Program-made: the position numbers and the translations under genes
Notes under the pieces: generated by a model
The model's input: only the letters and a program-made list of their open reading frames with translations
What the model was told of the DNA's origin: nothing
Database searches by the model: none
Shown here: positions 34,255-44,435 of the stretch, in pieces
Position numbering within the stretch: the stretch's first letter is position 1
Layout of the letters: the number at the start of each line of letters is the position of its first letter
Assembly: GCA_965197905.1 (NCBI GenBank)
Contig: CBDAOB010000005.1
Span: 1,376,001-1,440,000, forward strand
Length of the DNA: 64,000 bases
Reading direction: 5' to 3'
Origin: Candidatus Latescibacterota bacterium
GTDB lineage: Bacteria > Latescibacterota > UBA2968 > UBA8231

Positions 34255-36489
34255 TCAGGCCGCCTGAAGCTGACCGTCGTCGGGCCAGTTCTTCTGCGTC
34301 AAGGTAGTGGCGTTGATCGCGACCTTCACGTCGCTGCTGCGCTCGCCGACCCGGAGATGAACCCCCGGATAGATGGTCTGGCTGATCTGCACCATCGCCT
34401 CCATCGCTGACCGCGCCAACTCACGGTTCAATTTCTCCCGCCTGGTTTTGACGGTATTGGCAATGCGACGCGTGCGTTGCCACTGGCGAATGTATCCGGA
34501 GATCTGCGGTCGTTTCTGCGGGCTGGTGCGCCGCAGCAGTAACTTCAGTTTGGGTATCGTTATCGTTTCCGTGCCCAGCAGCCGGTGCAACCGATCTAGA
34601 TCCTCCTCGCAGGCGCCAAGTTTCTGTTGGCACAGATTCAGATTATCCTGAATCCTCGGATCCACACCGGCGATAATCTCCGTCTTCGTGCCACGGGGTG
34701 AGCCCGCAAAAGTCGCCCGAACACCGCGCGCACCCACCACGCGGCCGCCGCTGATCGTTCCCGAGCGGGTCAGACCCGTGCGGATCACAGTGACCAGACC
34801 GCCGCTAGAAACCCGCGCATTCTTGATGTAGCACCCCACCTGCAGGTCACCAGCGCAACGAATATCCGCTCCCTTTATTAAGCGGGTGGAAACGGAACCT
34901 TCCGCGACCACGCGGGTTTCTTCTCCTACGATGCCTCTCGCAGCAACGATATCTCTGCCAGCTGAAATACTCGATCCGGGTTCGGCCCTCCCCCTCAAAT
35001 ACACCGAACCCCCTGCAGCCACGGTAGAACCGGACAACAGCGATCCCGATATATATACATCTCCGCTGAAGTTCACGTTGCCCGTTTCGCCACCGACGTC
35101 TCCGGCGATCTGCAGAAATTCCAGAACCGAGACCGTTTCTCCGGAAAAGGTAGCCCGGCCATCTATGGCCGATGTGAAGAGCTGTGTCCCATCCGGCTCC
35201 TCTTCAACCTCGACGTTGGGTCCGGGTTTCAAGGTTGCAGATTTTGCTCCCAGCGCATCGAGGTCGTCGCCGAAAATGGTAAAGCCAGGTCGACCTTCAA
35301 CCGCCGGCTGAAGGCGCGCGAGTTTTGCGCCCTTCCTGACATTCAGCGCCGTGAACTTTTCGTTGAAGTCGATCGTGCCGTTCTCGTTGACCTTGGTGGT
35401 GGCGCGATCACTTTCTACCCAGTACTCGACTTTCCCACTGCGTCCGTGCCGCGGTGCTCTGCCGGCAGCAACCAGAGTTCGGTGCGGTCCAGCAGGGCCG
35501 GTTTCTGCGTGTCCGGCCAGTTTCTCGATCGCCTCGCGGTCGATACCGCGACAAACCCCCTGGCGCTCGAGCAAACCTTCGATGCACGCCGCGTCTGGGC
35601 CGCCGGCTGGCGCGGGGACATGCTCGAAGTGACATGACGAGCCGCCGCTGTCAATGCAGAGTGGATCCCGGATTCCGATCGAATCCTCCAGGAGGTAGAC
35701 GTAGCCGTAATCAAGCGCCCGGAATTCAGTGCCGTCGGAGGAGGCCTCAACTCCGGGGCCGGCAACAAATGTGCTCTCCTCGTCGACGGGAGGTGCGATC
35801 TCGTAACCGAAAACGTCCTGTCCCGGCGTGCCCTCCGAGGGCGGTTCGAGAGTAGCCAACGGCTGTCCCGGCTCCACCCAGCAGGCCCAAATCCCCTTCG
35901 GATACTCCATCGCTTTCCCGTTGGCCAGGAGCCCAAAGTAAGGCGCCAAATCTCCGAGAGCCTCTTCCGCGGCGAATTCGATCCGGGGCTTCTGGCCGCG
36001 GACTGGTTCCGGGGGAGTCCCCATCGCGATCTCGCGCCAGCATGTTTTTTGCCCCGATTCGATAAGGGTGTTGACCGCTCTCTCGACTGGTTCGAAGTCC
36101 AGGCAAGAAAGATTGTGACTCTCCAAAAGTGCGAAAAGGTCCTCTTGTTCGAAGTCCTCGAGGTAGCTGAATCCGGCGAGAAACGCCTCCACCAGACCCC
36201 TCGAAAAGGCAACGGTCAGCGTGCACGTCTCGAATTCCAGATCGGCGAACAGGTATTCCTTCTCCGCGGCCTCTGGCAGCTGGCAGGTATCCACGCGCAC
36301 CTTGTCCGCAGGGGAGTTGAGCAGCTGAGCCAGCTCGAGACAACATGGATCTTTGGGCAGCTCTACCTCAGCGGTGGCAGCGCTGTTTCCGCAGTTCTTC
36401 TTTTTAGACTTGAGCTTCCCGTTTGACGGTAGCGGAAATAGGGCCTTCAAGGCGTGGCTGAGTCGGGACGTCGAGCGATTTCGCGGCAT
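34255..36489 (-). CDS. FapA (DUF342) family protein
   Basis: Repeated IAxG.PP / G.PG.DVFG modules, GDVGGETGNVNFSGDV beta-helix, coiled coil, IYPGV. Confidence 0.85.
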   Translation of the reverse strand: MPRNRSTSRLSHALKALFPLPSNGKLKSKKKNCGNSAATAEVELPKDPCCLELAQLLNSPADKVRVDTCQLPEAAEKEYLFADLEFETCTLTVAFSRGLVEAFLAGFSYLEDFEQEDLFALLESHNLSCLDFEPVERAVNTLIESGQKTCWREIAMGTPPEPVRGQKPRIEFAAEEALGDLAPYFGLLANGKAMEYPKGIWACWVEPGQPLATLEPPSEGTPGQDVFGYEIAPPVDEESTFVAGPGVEASSDGTEFRALDYGYVYLLEDSIGIRDPLCIDSGGSSCHFEHVPAPAGGPDAACIEGLLERQGVCRGIDREAIEKLAGHAETGPAGPHRTLVAAGRAPRHGRSGKVEYWVESDRATTKVNENGTIDFNEKFTALNVRKGAKLARLQPAVEGRPGFTIFGDDLDALGAKSATLKPGPNVEVEEEPDGTQLFTSAIDGRATFSGETVSVLEFLQIAGDVGGETGNVNFSGDVYISGSLLSGSTVAAGGSVYLRGRAEPGSSISAGRDIVAARGIVGEETRVVAEGSVSTRLIKGADIRCAGDLQVGCYIKNARVSSGGLVTVIRTGLTRSGTISGGRVVGARGVRATFAGSPRGTKTEIIAGVDPRIQDNLNLCQQKLGACEEDLDRLHRLLGTETITIPKLKLLLRRTSPQKRPQISGYIRQWQRTRRIANTVKTRREKLNRELARSAMEAMVQISQTIYPGVHLRVGERSSDVKVAINATTLTQKNWPDDGQLQAA

Positions 36490-36686
36490 GCGCCAGGTCC
36501 GGATAGGGCGATTGATGGAATGTAGTATTACGTCACAACAATCGGCCCCGATCCCAATCTCTTGAGTGGTTTTTTATCGGAATTCAGGCCGAACGCCTAC
36601 GCACGTAGCTTCTGTACGATGGTAGTCGGGTCCTGGCGCTAGGGGTTGGGGGGTTGAACGGGGTCCGTCTAGGCAGACAAGGGGGC

Positions 36687-37967
36687 TTAATGGCCGACAG
36701 CGTCTTGCCTGCGAATTAACGCGGTCACCTCGGTGGGCGTCTGGCATCGCAGGAATTCTTGGCGGGTGTCGTCCGGTCTCATGAGTGCGGCAATTTTGGC
36801 CAACACCGGAATGTAGCTGCGGTAGTTCTGTTGCGGTGTCAAGAGGAGGAATACGAAGCGCACCGGTTCCGCATAGGGCCCTTCAAAGTCGATGCCCTCC
36901 GGACAGATCCCAAGGCAGCCGATTACCCCCGGAAGATTCGGGATACGGGCATGGGGCACCGCAATCTCGTGACCTATCGCGGTCGATGTTTCCCTTTCCC
37001 TGGCCATGGCCGTCTCGAGTACCATCCGGTGTTGCGAGGCGGGGACCTGTCTTTCGTCCACCAGTGCATCTACCAACGTTTCGACTGCCTCCCACTTGTT
37101 GTTGGGGCGCAGATCGAGCCGAATAGTGTTGACCCAAAAGATATCGGTGAGGGACGGGCGGTTCGGCAGGGTCGATCGCACCATGAGAACGGAACAGGAT
37201 GTCTTATTGGTGATTTCGTCCGGTATCGAACCGGCGAGGTACTCGTCCTGGCGCCATTCGTTGGATGCTCCAAGAATGACGAGGTCGTCCGCTCCGGCGC
37301 GCTCGACGACCGTTGAAACGACATCCGATGCGGGCAATATGGTCGTCGGGATATCGATGTTGAGCAGGCTCAATTGAAGGTTGGATTCCTGGCGCAACTG
37401 TTCGCAATACCGTTGCAGAATCGGATCATCGGAATTGCAGCGCCGATCCCTTGCGATACGCAAGACTTCCAGCTCGGCATCCCACAACTGGGCGAGTTCG
37501 TAACCGATCTGGACTCCAGTGAGTGCATGGCTCCCGCCGCCGCTGGGAACGAGAATTCGTTTGGCCTTGCCGAGATCGCGCTCCTTCAGGATCAAAGTGT
37601 CCAGGCGCACTTCCTTGGCCAGGTCTCGGTTCTGAGAAGCCAAGACGCTGAGTTTGTCGACACCCCGGTACCAGCCCATGATCATCATGTTGCAGTCCCA
37701 CTGTGTCACCGCCTCCTGAATCCCCTTGGTAACGTTTGGCCCGCGAACGAGGTGCGGAATCGCCGTGGCGCCCTGATCGGTGGCCACGGCGGTGGCTTTC
37801 TGCAACAGTAAATCAGCCGTCTCGCTGGATTCCCCATCCTTCAGGATATGTGTCAGATGCATTACTCCGCCCCTGGTCTGCGCCATAGCTGACGCGAAAC
37901 GAACGAGACCTCCTTCCATGTCGGGATGTTCCAGCGGAACCAGAATCTTGAGCGTGGACTGGGTCAT
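36687..37967 (-). CDS. Tandem universal stress protein domains fused to PTS EIIA (Fru/Ntr type)
   Basis: ILVP...MIMGW, ILVPSGGG...VILGA...GSIP, then RERETSTAIGHEIAVPHAR. Confidence 0.85.
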   Translation of the reverse strand: MTQSTLKILVPLEHPDMEGGLVRFASAMAQTRGGVMHLTHILKDGESSETADLLLQKATAVATDQGATAIPHLVRGPNVTKGIQEAVTQWDCNMMIMGWYRGVDKLSVLASQNRDLAKEVRLDTLILKERDLGKAKRILVPSGGGSHALTGVQIGYELAQLWDAELEVLRIARDRRCNSDDPILQRYCEQLRQESNLQLSLLNIDIPTTILPASDVVSTVVERAGADDLVILGASNEWRQDEYLAGSIPDEITNKTSCSVLMVRSTLPNRPSLTDIFWVNTIRLDLRPNNKWEAVETLVDALVDERQVPASQHRMVLETAMARERETSTAIGHEIAVPHARIPNLPGVIGCLGICPEGIDFEGPYAEPVRFVFLLLTPQQNYRSYIPVLAKIAALMRPDDTRQEFLRCQTPTEVTALIRRQDAVGH

Positions 37968-38238
37968 AAGCCGTTTCGAGTGGAATGGATATGGCGTGGC
38001 GCGGAAGAGGAAACCACGGATGTTTCTCTGCGCATCTGGGGGAAAGAGCAAATCCAGCAGATTCAAAGATAATAGTACGCTCCCTAATTTTCCAGCGATG
38101 TGACTTCGCTCACCGTGGCGCAATTCCTCAGAAATACTGGTAGTTACGGCAGGTGGCCTCGTTTGCACATGCCGTGGCGGTGTTTTAGTTTGTCCCTCTA
38201 GTGCCCCAATCCCCAAGGCTCTGGAGCCAAACGATCAG

Positions 38239-39120
38239 ATGGAAAATCGCGTTCTAAGACTGTTCTTTTGTTTCGGGTTGATCGGTTGGGCCGGCTGCGA
38301 TTTTCTCGCGGAACCGCCCGTCCCGGTCAGCTCTGAAGCCGGTGTTCTCGCCGTGGAGCAGGAAGCTCTGGGCAAGAGAGTTGAGAGCGAACGTCTTGCG
38401 TTTCGAGCTGCCCGGCAATCCGGGGATTCTGGGCCGACGGACCGCCTAACCATCGAGAATGCCAACCTCGCGCTCGAGATTCGCGATTACGACAGCTGGC
38501 TGGACGCTCTAGAAGCACAGATTTCCAACTACGGAGGAACTCTACAGAGTGTCAGTTCCCGCACCCTACACGAGAATGTGCAAACGGGTAGGCTAGTCGT
38601 CAGAATCCCGAGCCAGCAAATGAATGCGTTCGTCGACTACGTGAAAGGCAGTGCGCTCATCGTTGAACGCGAGAGTCGGTCGGGGCGCGACGTGTCGACG
38701 GAGTTCTTCGATCTCGAAGCGCGAATTACCAACAAAATCGAAACCGAGAAACGCTTTCGAGAAATCCTGGAGAAAGCCACGTCGGTGGAGGAGGTTCTTT
38801 CGGTAGAGCGGGAACTCTCGCGCTTGCGGGAGGAGGTCGACCGGCTGCAGGGTCGCAAGAAGCACCTGAAGAGTCGTATCGAGATGTCCACGGTAACAGT
38901 GGAATGGCACGAGCCTTATGCGGTGGGCAGCCTGCCCGAGGGAAAGGGGTTTTGGAAAACGGTTCTGGACGGATTCAGGGCAGGCGTCGAAGGATTCGCA
39001 GTGGTGTTGCGGGGGACTATTGCGCTGTCGATAGCAGCGGTACCGGCGGTAGGTGCGCTGGCTGCCCTGATCTGGATTATCAAAGCTATCCGCCGATGGC
39101 GACGTCGTCGCGGCGAGTAG
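38239..39120 (+). CDS. DUF4349 domain lipoprotein
   Basis: Lipobox WAGC, VRIPS, DVSTEFFDLEAR, C-terminal TM. Confidence 0.85.
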   Translation: MENRVLRLFFCFGLIGWAGCDFLAEPPVPVSSEAGVLAVEQEALGKRVESERLAFRAARQSGDSGPTDRLTIENANLALEIRDYDSWLDALEAQISNYGGTLQSVSSRTLHENVQTGRLVVRIPSQQMNAFVDYVKGSALIVERESRSGRDVSTEFFDLEARITNKIETEKRFREILEKATSVEEVLSVERELSRLREEVDRLQGRKKHLKSRIEMSTVTVEWHEPYAVGSLPEGKGFWKTVLDGFRAGVEGFAVVLRGTIALSIAAVPAVGALAALIWIIKAIRRWRRRRGE

Positions 39121-39127
39121 TGGAAGC

Positions 39128-39898
39128 ATGGAATCCGAAGTTATACTCGCGCTGAACGGCATCCTCGCCATTGCGGCTTTTTTTTCTTCGCTCACCGGAT
39201 TCGGATATGCGTTAATCGCCACACCGTTCCTGGTCCTCATTTTTCCGCCGGCGGTAGTCGTGCCTCTGGTGCTGACAACATGGGTGCCCCTCTCGGTCTT
39301 CCTGGTGATCGAAGTCAGAAGAGATATGTCTGGGCGGAGGATCGGCAGCCTGCTTTTGGGTTCTGCTTTGGGAGCTCCGGTAGGGGTCTACCTGTTGACC
39401 AGTCTTGGCGTGCAGCCGATGCAACTGGCCATCGGGTCGTTTACATTGTTGGCAGCGGGAGTACTGGTCGTGCGACCGTTCCCCCGGTTGCCGGGTGAGA
39501 GGGCGCTTTGCATCGCCGGCGGCATGCTGAGCGGGGTATCAGGGGGAGCGACTGCTATGTCGGGTCCTCCGGTGGTTCTGCTAGGATTGAATCAGGGATG
39601 GGAGCCGCGGAACTTCAGGGCGGACCTGATCGGCTATTTCACCGTTCTCCACCTGGGCGTATTGCTTTTGCTGGGTGCGTCAGGAGTCTTCGATTCCACG
39701 GTCTTGTCGATGGGTCTGGCAAGTGTGCCGGGCGTCGTGATCGGGTACGTCGCTGGCATCCGCGCCGGCAAGAGGCTGACCAGTCGCATCTTTCGAGTTG
39801 CCGCTATTACCCTCGTAACTCTAGGAGGTACCCTGGTGTTGACGGAAGCTCTGGCGGGAGACATCGCCGCAAGGATCGTTGCTCTTTTCCAGAGTTGA
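39128..39898 (+). CDS. Sulfite exporter TauE/SafE family protein
   Basis: TGFGYAL, SG..GGATAMSGPP, multiple TMs. Confidence 0.88.
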   Translation: MESEVILALNGILAIAAFFSSLTGFGYALIATPFLVLIFPPAVVVPLVLTTWVPLSVFLVIEVRRDMSGRRIGSLLLGSALGAPVGVYLLTSLGVQPMQLAIGSFTLLAAGVLVVRPFPRLPGERALCIAGGMLSGVSGGATAMSGPPVVLLGLNQGWEPRNFRADLIGYFTVLHLGVLLLLGASGVFDSTVLSMGLASVPGVVIGYVAGIRAGKRLTSRIFRVAAITLVTLGGTLVLTEALAGDIAARIVALFQS

Positions 39899-39904
39899 CC
39901 CTCC

Positions 39905-40288
39905 ATGACTGCTGGCGAACAGATATCAACGATTCCCGAGCTGATTCTTGTGATCGACGACGAGGACATCGTCAGAAGATCCATGCAACGGTATTTGGAA
40001 TATAATGATTACCTCGTGGCAACGGCTGAAAACGGAGAAGACGGGATCCAGATTTTCAAGCAGAGACAGAAGGAGGTCCGTCTGATCGTGCTCGATCTCT
40101 CCATGCCGCAGATGTCGGGGGTGGAGGTTCTAGAGGAGATTCGCAGCTTCGACAACGAGGTCAAAGTGGTCGTCGTTAGTGGATTCGCTCCCGATAAGGC
40201 CGCTTTGTCCGGGGTCGATCACGTGTTGCAGAAACCGTTTGATCCCGATGATCTGATAGCCGTCGTCCGGCGGGCTCTGGAAGGCTGA
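39905..40288 (+). CDS. Single-domain response regulator
   Basis: VIDDE, LDLSMPQMSG, SG, QKP. Confidence 0.92.
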   Translation: MTAGEQISTIPELILVIDDEDIVRRSMQRYLEYNDYLVATAENGEDGIQIFKQRQKEVRLIVLDLSMPQMSGVEVLEEIRSFDNEVKVVVVSGFAPDKAALSGVDHVLQKPFDPDDLIAVVRRALEG

Positions 40289-40293
40289 CGATC

Positions 40294-40692
40294 ATGGTGC
40301 TCGACCTCGCTATCCACAGCCTTGGGGAACTGATCTTCGTCGTTTTCTTCATCGTCTCCGTGATGATATCGCTCTACGCCTTCTATTCCTTTTTGTCTCA
40401 ACGCGGACCTTTGAAGCTCCAGCTGACCCAGATCGAGACCGAGCTCGATCTCCTTCGTCCCAAGCTGCCGAAGCAGCGATTGAAGGTAAGGTTGGTAAGA
40501 CGCAAAGTTCCACCGCTGCACCAGAAACGGCAGGTGTTCAGCAACTACTTCCGGATACTGCAGGATATCATAAGAGATTTCGACCTGCGCGAAATGGAGC
40601 AGGAGAGACTGCAGAAGGATGAAAAGAAGAAGAGATTCGAAGCCGAAACTGGAAAAAATCGGGACGACCTCTTCGAGGATCACGACGATTAA
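40294..40692 (+). CDS. Hypothetical membrane-anchored coiled-coil protein
   Basis: N-terminal TM, charged helical body, tight operon spacing. Confidence 0.7.
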   Translation: MVLDLAIHSLGELIFVVFFIVSVMISLYAFYSFLSQRGPLKLQLTQIETELDLLRPKLPKQRLKVRLVRRKVPPLHQKRQVFSNYFRILQDIIRDFDLREMEQERLQKDEKKKRFEAETGKNRDDLFEDHDD

Positions 40693-40716
40693 CCACGCTT
40701 AACTGCGGACATTTCG

Positions 40717-42069
40717 ATGCCAACCAAAGAGGAGCTCAAACGCAAAGTATGCGAACAGATTGACCGCGACTCAGATTCGATCACCGGGCTGGGTGAGGAC
40801 ATCATGGACCACCCGGAACTCGGGTTCAAGGAGGTCCGGACCGCGCAGCGGGTAGCGGAGCTGTTGGGAGGGATGAATCTCCCTTTGGAGGACGGGTTGG
40901 CGATTACCGGGGTAAAAGCCGTCTTACGCGGCAAGAACCCGGGACCCACGGTTGCGATCATGGGCGAGCTCGATGCGCTGGTTGTGCCTGACCATCCCCG
41001 AGCCGACAGCGCCACTGGTGCTGCTCATGCCTGCGGCCACAACGCCCAGATCGCGGGGATGCTGGGCGCGGCGATGGGGTTGGTGCGGGTCAACGCCGCC
41101 GAGCATCTGAGCGGAAATGTGGTTTTCTTTGCGGTCCCTGCCGAAGAGTATGTGGAAATCGATTACCGCTTGGGGCTGGTAAAAGAGGGAAAAACCTCCT
41201 TCATCCAGGGCAAACCGGAATTGGTACAGCTCGGACATTTCGACGATGTGGACATGGCGGTGATGATCCACAGCACTAGCCCTGACCAGGCGGAAGGTTC
41301 CATGGGCATCGCCGAATCCAACAATGGATTCCTGGCCAAGAACATCCGTTTCGTCGGCACCGCCGCGCATGCGGGCGCGCGTCCCGATCTTGGCGTAAAC
41401 GCGCTCAACGCCGCGACGCTGGCTCTCAACGCCATTCATGCTCAGCGCGAAACCTTTCGCGACGAGGACTGCGTCCGGGTTCATCCGATCATCACCAAAG
41501 GAGGGGATCTCGTAAACATCGTTCCCGCGGAAGTAAGAATGGAAACCTACGTGCGCGCCAAGTCCCACGAGGCGGTATCGAGCGCCTCTGCCAAGGTTGA
41601 TCGGGCGCTGCGGGGAGCAGCCATGGCGTTGGGATGCACTGTGGCGATCGAAACGATTCCCGGATCGTTGCCACTGCGTTCGGACAAAGGGTTGGCCGCG
41701 ATATTCAAGGAGAATGCCTCCGACCTTTTCGGGCCGTCAGAGTACCGCGACTATCCACACAGCGGAGGTTCCACCGATGCCGGCGACTTGAGTCAGATCA
41801 TGCCGGTTCTACACCCGTATATGACCGGCGCCAGAGGCGGAAACCACAGCCCCCAATGGCACATCGGCGACTTTGACTCGGGATATATCGCTCCTGCGAA
41901 AACCCTGGCGATGATGGCGATCGATCTGCTAGGCGACGGAGGTGAGAGCGCTGAGAACATCAAGGCGGAACGGCCTGCCATGTCCGTCGCCGAGTACCTG
42001 CAGGTGCAGAAAAAGATATTTCACTCCGAGACCTTCAATGGGGCCGGCGAATTCCCCAACGCAAACTGA
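40717..42069 (+). CDS. M20 family amidohydrolase
   Basis: HPELGFKE, ELDAL, HACGH, PAEE, GSTD. Confidence 0.92.
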   Translation: MPTKEELKRKVCEQIDRDSDSITGLGEDIMDHPELGFKEVRTAQRVAELLGGMNLPLEDGLAITGVKAVLRGKNPGPTVAIMGELDALVVPDHPRADSATGAAHACGHNAQIAGMLGAAMGLVRVNAAEHLSGNVVFFAVPAEEYVEIDYRLGLVKEGKTSFIQGKPELVQLGHFDDVDMAVMIHSTSPDQAEGSMGIAESNNGFLAKNIRFVGTAAHAGARPDLGVNALNAATLALNAIHAQRETFRDEDCVRVHPIITKGGDLVNIVPAEVRMETYVRAKSHEAVSSASAKVDRALRGAAMALGCTVAIETIPGSLPLRSDKGLAAIFKENASDLFGPSEYRDYPHSGGSTDAGDLSQIMPVLHPYMTGARGGNHSPQWHIGDFDSGYIAPAKTLAMMAIDLLGDGGESAENIKAERPAMSVAEYLQVQKKIFHSETFNGAGEFPNAN

Positions 42070-42076
42070 TCGCGGC

Positions 42077-42952
42077 ATGGCCGACGTAACGTTTGTCAAC
42101 GGCGATTTCGTGGAACCCGGTGAAGCGGTGGTGTCCATCGAGGATCGGGGATTCCTCTTCGCCGACGGCGTCTACGAGGTCGTCGCCAGCTACGACGCAA
42201 AGCCGTTCGCGCTGGAGCAGCACCTGTGTCGACTTCAGCGCAGCCTCGACGAACTGGAGATTCGGCTGGACGTTGATGGATACGGGATCCGGGAGATCGT
42301 CGATCAGGCAATTCATAGAAGTTGCTCCGACGACAACCTGATCTACATCCAGATCACTCGCGGAGTCGCGCCGCGACGGCACGAGTTTCCTGATCCCTCA
42401 ACGAAACCAACGGTCGTCATCACCACCTCACCGCTTGAGCCGTTGCCCAACGAATGGCTGGTGGAGGGTGTGAAGTGCGTTACGGTGCCCAACCTGCGGT
42501 GGGGGCGCTGTAATATCAAGTCCGTCGCGCTCCTGCCCAACGTGCTGGCGCGGCACCAGGCGAGTGCAAGTGGGGCGTTCGAGGCCTTGCTGATCGACGC
42601 CGATCATCGGGTCCTCGAGGGGGCCGCGACATCCTCGTTCTGTGTCTGCGATGGGCTGGTTCGGACAACGCCGCTGGGTCCCGCGATCCTGCCCGGCATT
42701 ACGCGGGAGCTGATTCTGGAGTTCGCCGGCGAGATAGGGCTGAGGGTCAGCGAGGAAGACACCTATCTCGACGACTACATCAATGCTCAGGAGGTGTTCA
42801 TTGCCGGTACGAGCATCGATACCCTGGGCGTGGTCCAGCTGAACGAACACGTTATCGGATCGGGAAAGCCGGGTCCCATCACCTGCGAGCTGAGCGAGGC
42901 CCTGCTGCACATGCGCAGTGCGGCGACGGAAACCGGACTACCCCGTTCCTGA
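42077..42952 (+). CDS. Class IV PLP aminotransferase, D-amino-acid aminotransferase-like
   Basis: DRGFLFADGVYE, YIQITRG, IKS..LL, ILPGITR. Confidence 0.9.
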   Translation: MADVTFVNGDFVEPGEAVVSIEDRGFLFADGVYEVVASYDAKPFALEQHLCRLQRSLDELEIRLDVDGYGIREIVDQAIHRSCSDDNLIYIQITRGVAPRRHEFPDPSTKPTVVITTSPLEPLPNEWLVEGVKCVTVPNLRWGRCNIKSVALLPNVLARHQASASGAFEALLIDADHRVLEGAATSSFCVCDGLVRTTPLGPAILPGITRELILEFAGEIGLRVSEEDTYLDDYINAQEVFIAGTSIDTLGVVQLNEHVIGSGKPGPITCELSEALLHMRSAATETGLPRS

Positions 42953-42956
42953 TCGG

Positions 42957-44366
42957 TCAGTGAATCACCACCATCTTCGTTTCGGTCATCTCTTCTACGG
43001 CGTATTTCGGTCCCTCCTTGCCCATGCCACTCTCCTTCAGACCGCCGTACGGCATGAAATCCGCCCGCCACATCGTTCCCCAGTTTATGTGGATGTTTCC
43101 GGAATTCACGCGTTGGGCAAACTGCATTGCCCAATCGATATTCTCTGTAAATATGGCCGCGCTCAGGCCGTAGTTCGTGTCGTTGGCATTGCCGATCGCT
43201 TCTTCGATCGAATCGAAACGGCTGACGCCAACCGCCGGTCCAAACACCTCGTTGCACGAAATCTGCATCTTCGGGTCTACGTCGGCGATCACGGTGGGAG
43301 CGTGCAGAGTGCCGGTCCTGTCGCCTCCGGTAAGCACTCTGGCGCCACTGCCTACCGCCTCCTGGATCCAATCGCTGACCCTGGCCGCGTCGGTCTCGCG
43401 GATCATCGGTCCCATGGTGACGCCTTCTTCCAACGGATTCCCCGTTGTCAACGCGTCCACTCTCGGTGTCAGGGCGTCTAGAAAGTCGCCGTAGACCTTC
43501 TCATTGACCATCACCCGCTGTGCTGAGATGCAGACCTGACCGGCGTTTGCAAAACCCGTGGTAGCCGTGGCTTCGGCCACCTTGTCGAGGTCGGCATCGG
43601 ACATCACGATCAGTGGCGCGTTGGAGCCCAGCTCCATGGTCACCTTTTTCAGGCCGGCCGTCCGGCAAATGTGTTCGCCCACGTCGCGGCTGCCGGTGAA
43701 GCTGATCTTGCGCACGCGGGGGTCACCGGAGATGGCGTCGCCGATTACTGCCCCCGAACCGGTGATGCACTGCAAAGCTTCCGGAGGCACGCCGGCTTCC
43801 AACAGGATTTCGGTCAGCTTGAGGGCTGAGAGTGGGGTGTCCGTGGCTGGTTTAACGATGACCGCGTTACCCGCGGCCAGTCCGGGACCGACCTTGTGAC
43901 AAACCAGATTCAAGGGAAAATTGAACGGCGTAATCGCCGCCACCACGCCGCAGGGAACCCGCAGGGTGAAACCGAATTTTCCCACCCCGTTGGAGGATGC
44001 GTCCAAGGGCAAGGTTTCGCCGGTGAGGCGCTTGGCTTCTTCAGCGGCCAGCGTCATCGTCTCAACCGCTCTCGACGCTTCGCCCAACCCTTCGGTCAGG
44101 GTCTTTCCCTCTTCCATGGTTACGGTCCGGCCCAGGTCATCGATGCGTTCCTGCATCAGGTCGGCGGCGCGGTGCAAGATCTGATAGCGCTCGAATGCGG
44201 GAATCCCGGCCATTATTTCGGCGCCGCGCACCGCGGATCCGATCGCTACATCGACGTCGGAGGTGTCGGCTGCGGGTACTGTGTCCACGACCGAGCCGTC
44301 GAACGGATTCAGTACGTCGATCTTCTTATCCCGATCAACCCATGAGCCATCCATGTGCATCTTCAT
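42957..44366 (-). CDS. Aldehyde dehydrogenase family protein
   Basis: ITPFNFP, FTGS, MELG, AGQVC, EVFGP, PYGG.KESG.GKEG. Confidence 0.95.
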   Translation of the reverse strand: MKMHMDGSWVDRDKKIDVLNPFDGSVVDTVPAADTSDVDVAIGSAVRGAEIMAGIPAFERYQILHRAADLMQERIDDLGRTVTMEEGKTLTEGLGEASRAVETMTLAAEEAKRLTGETLPLDASSNGVGKFGFTLRVPCGVVAAITPFNFPLNLVCHKVGPGLAAGNAVIVKPATDTPLSALKLTEILLEAGVPPEALQCITGSGAVIGDAISGDPRVRKISFTGSRDVGEHICRTAGLKKVTMELGSNAPLIVMSDADLDKVAEATATTGFANAGQVCISAQRVMVNEKVYGDFLDALTPRVDALTTGNPLEEGVTMGPMIRETDAARVSDWIQEAVGSGARVLTGGDRTGTLHAPTVIADVDPKMQISCNEVFGPAVGVSRFDSIEEAIGNANDTNYGLSAAIFTENIDWAMQFAQRVNSGNIHINWGTMWRADFMPYGGLKESGMGKEGPKYAVEEMTETKMVVIH

Positions 44367-44435
44367 GATTCAAGTCCTCTGTGTTGTATTGTTTGAGTGA
44401 GATCCAATGTGTTTTCTCGAGCTGCGGTTTCGGGT

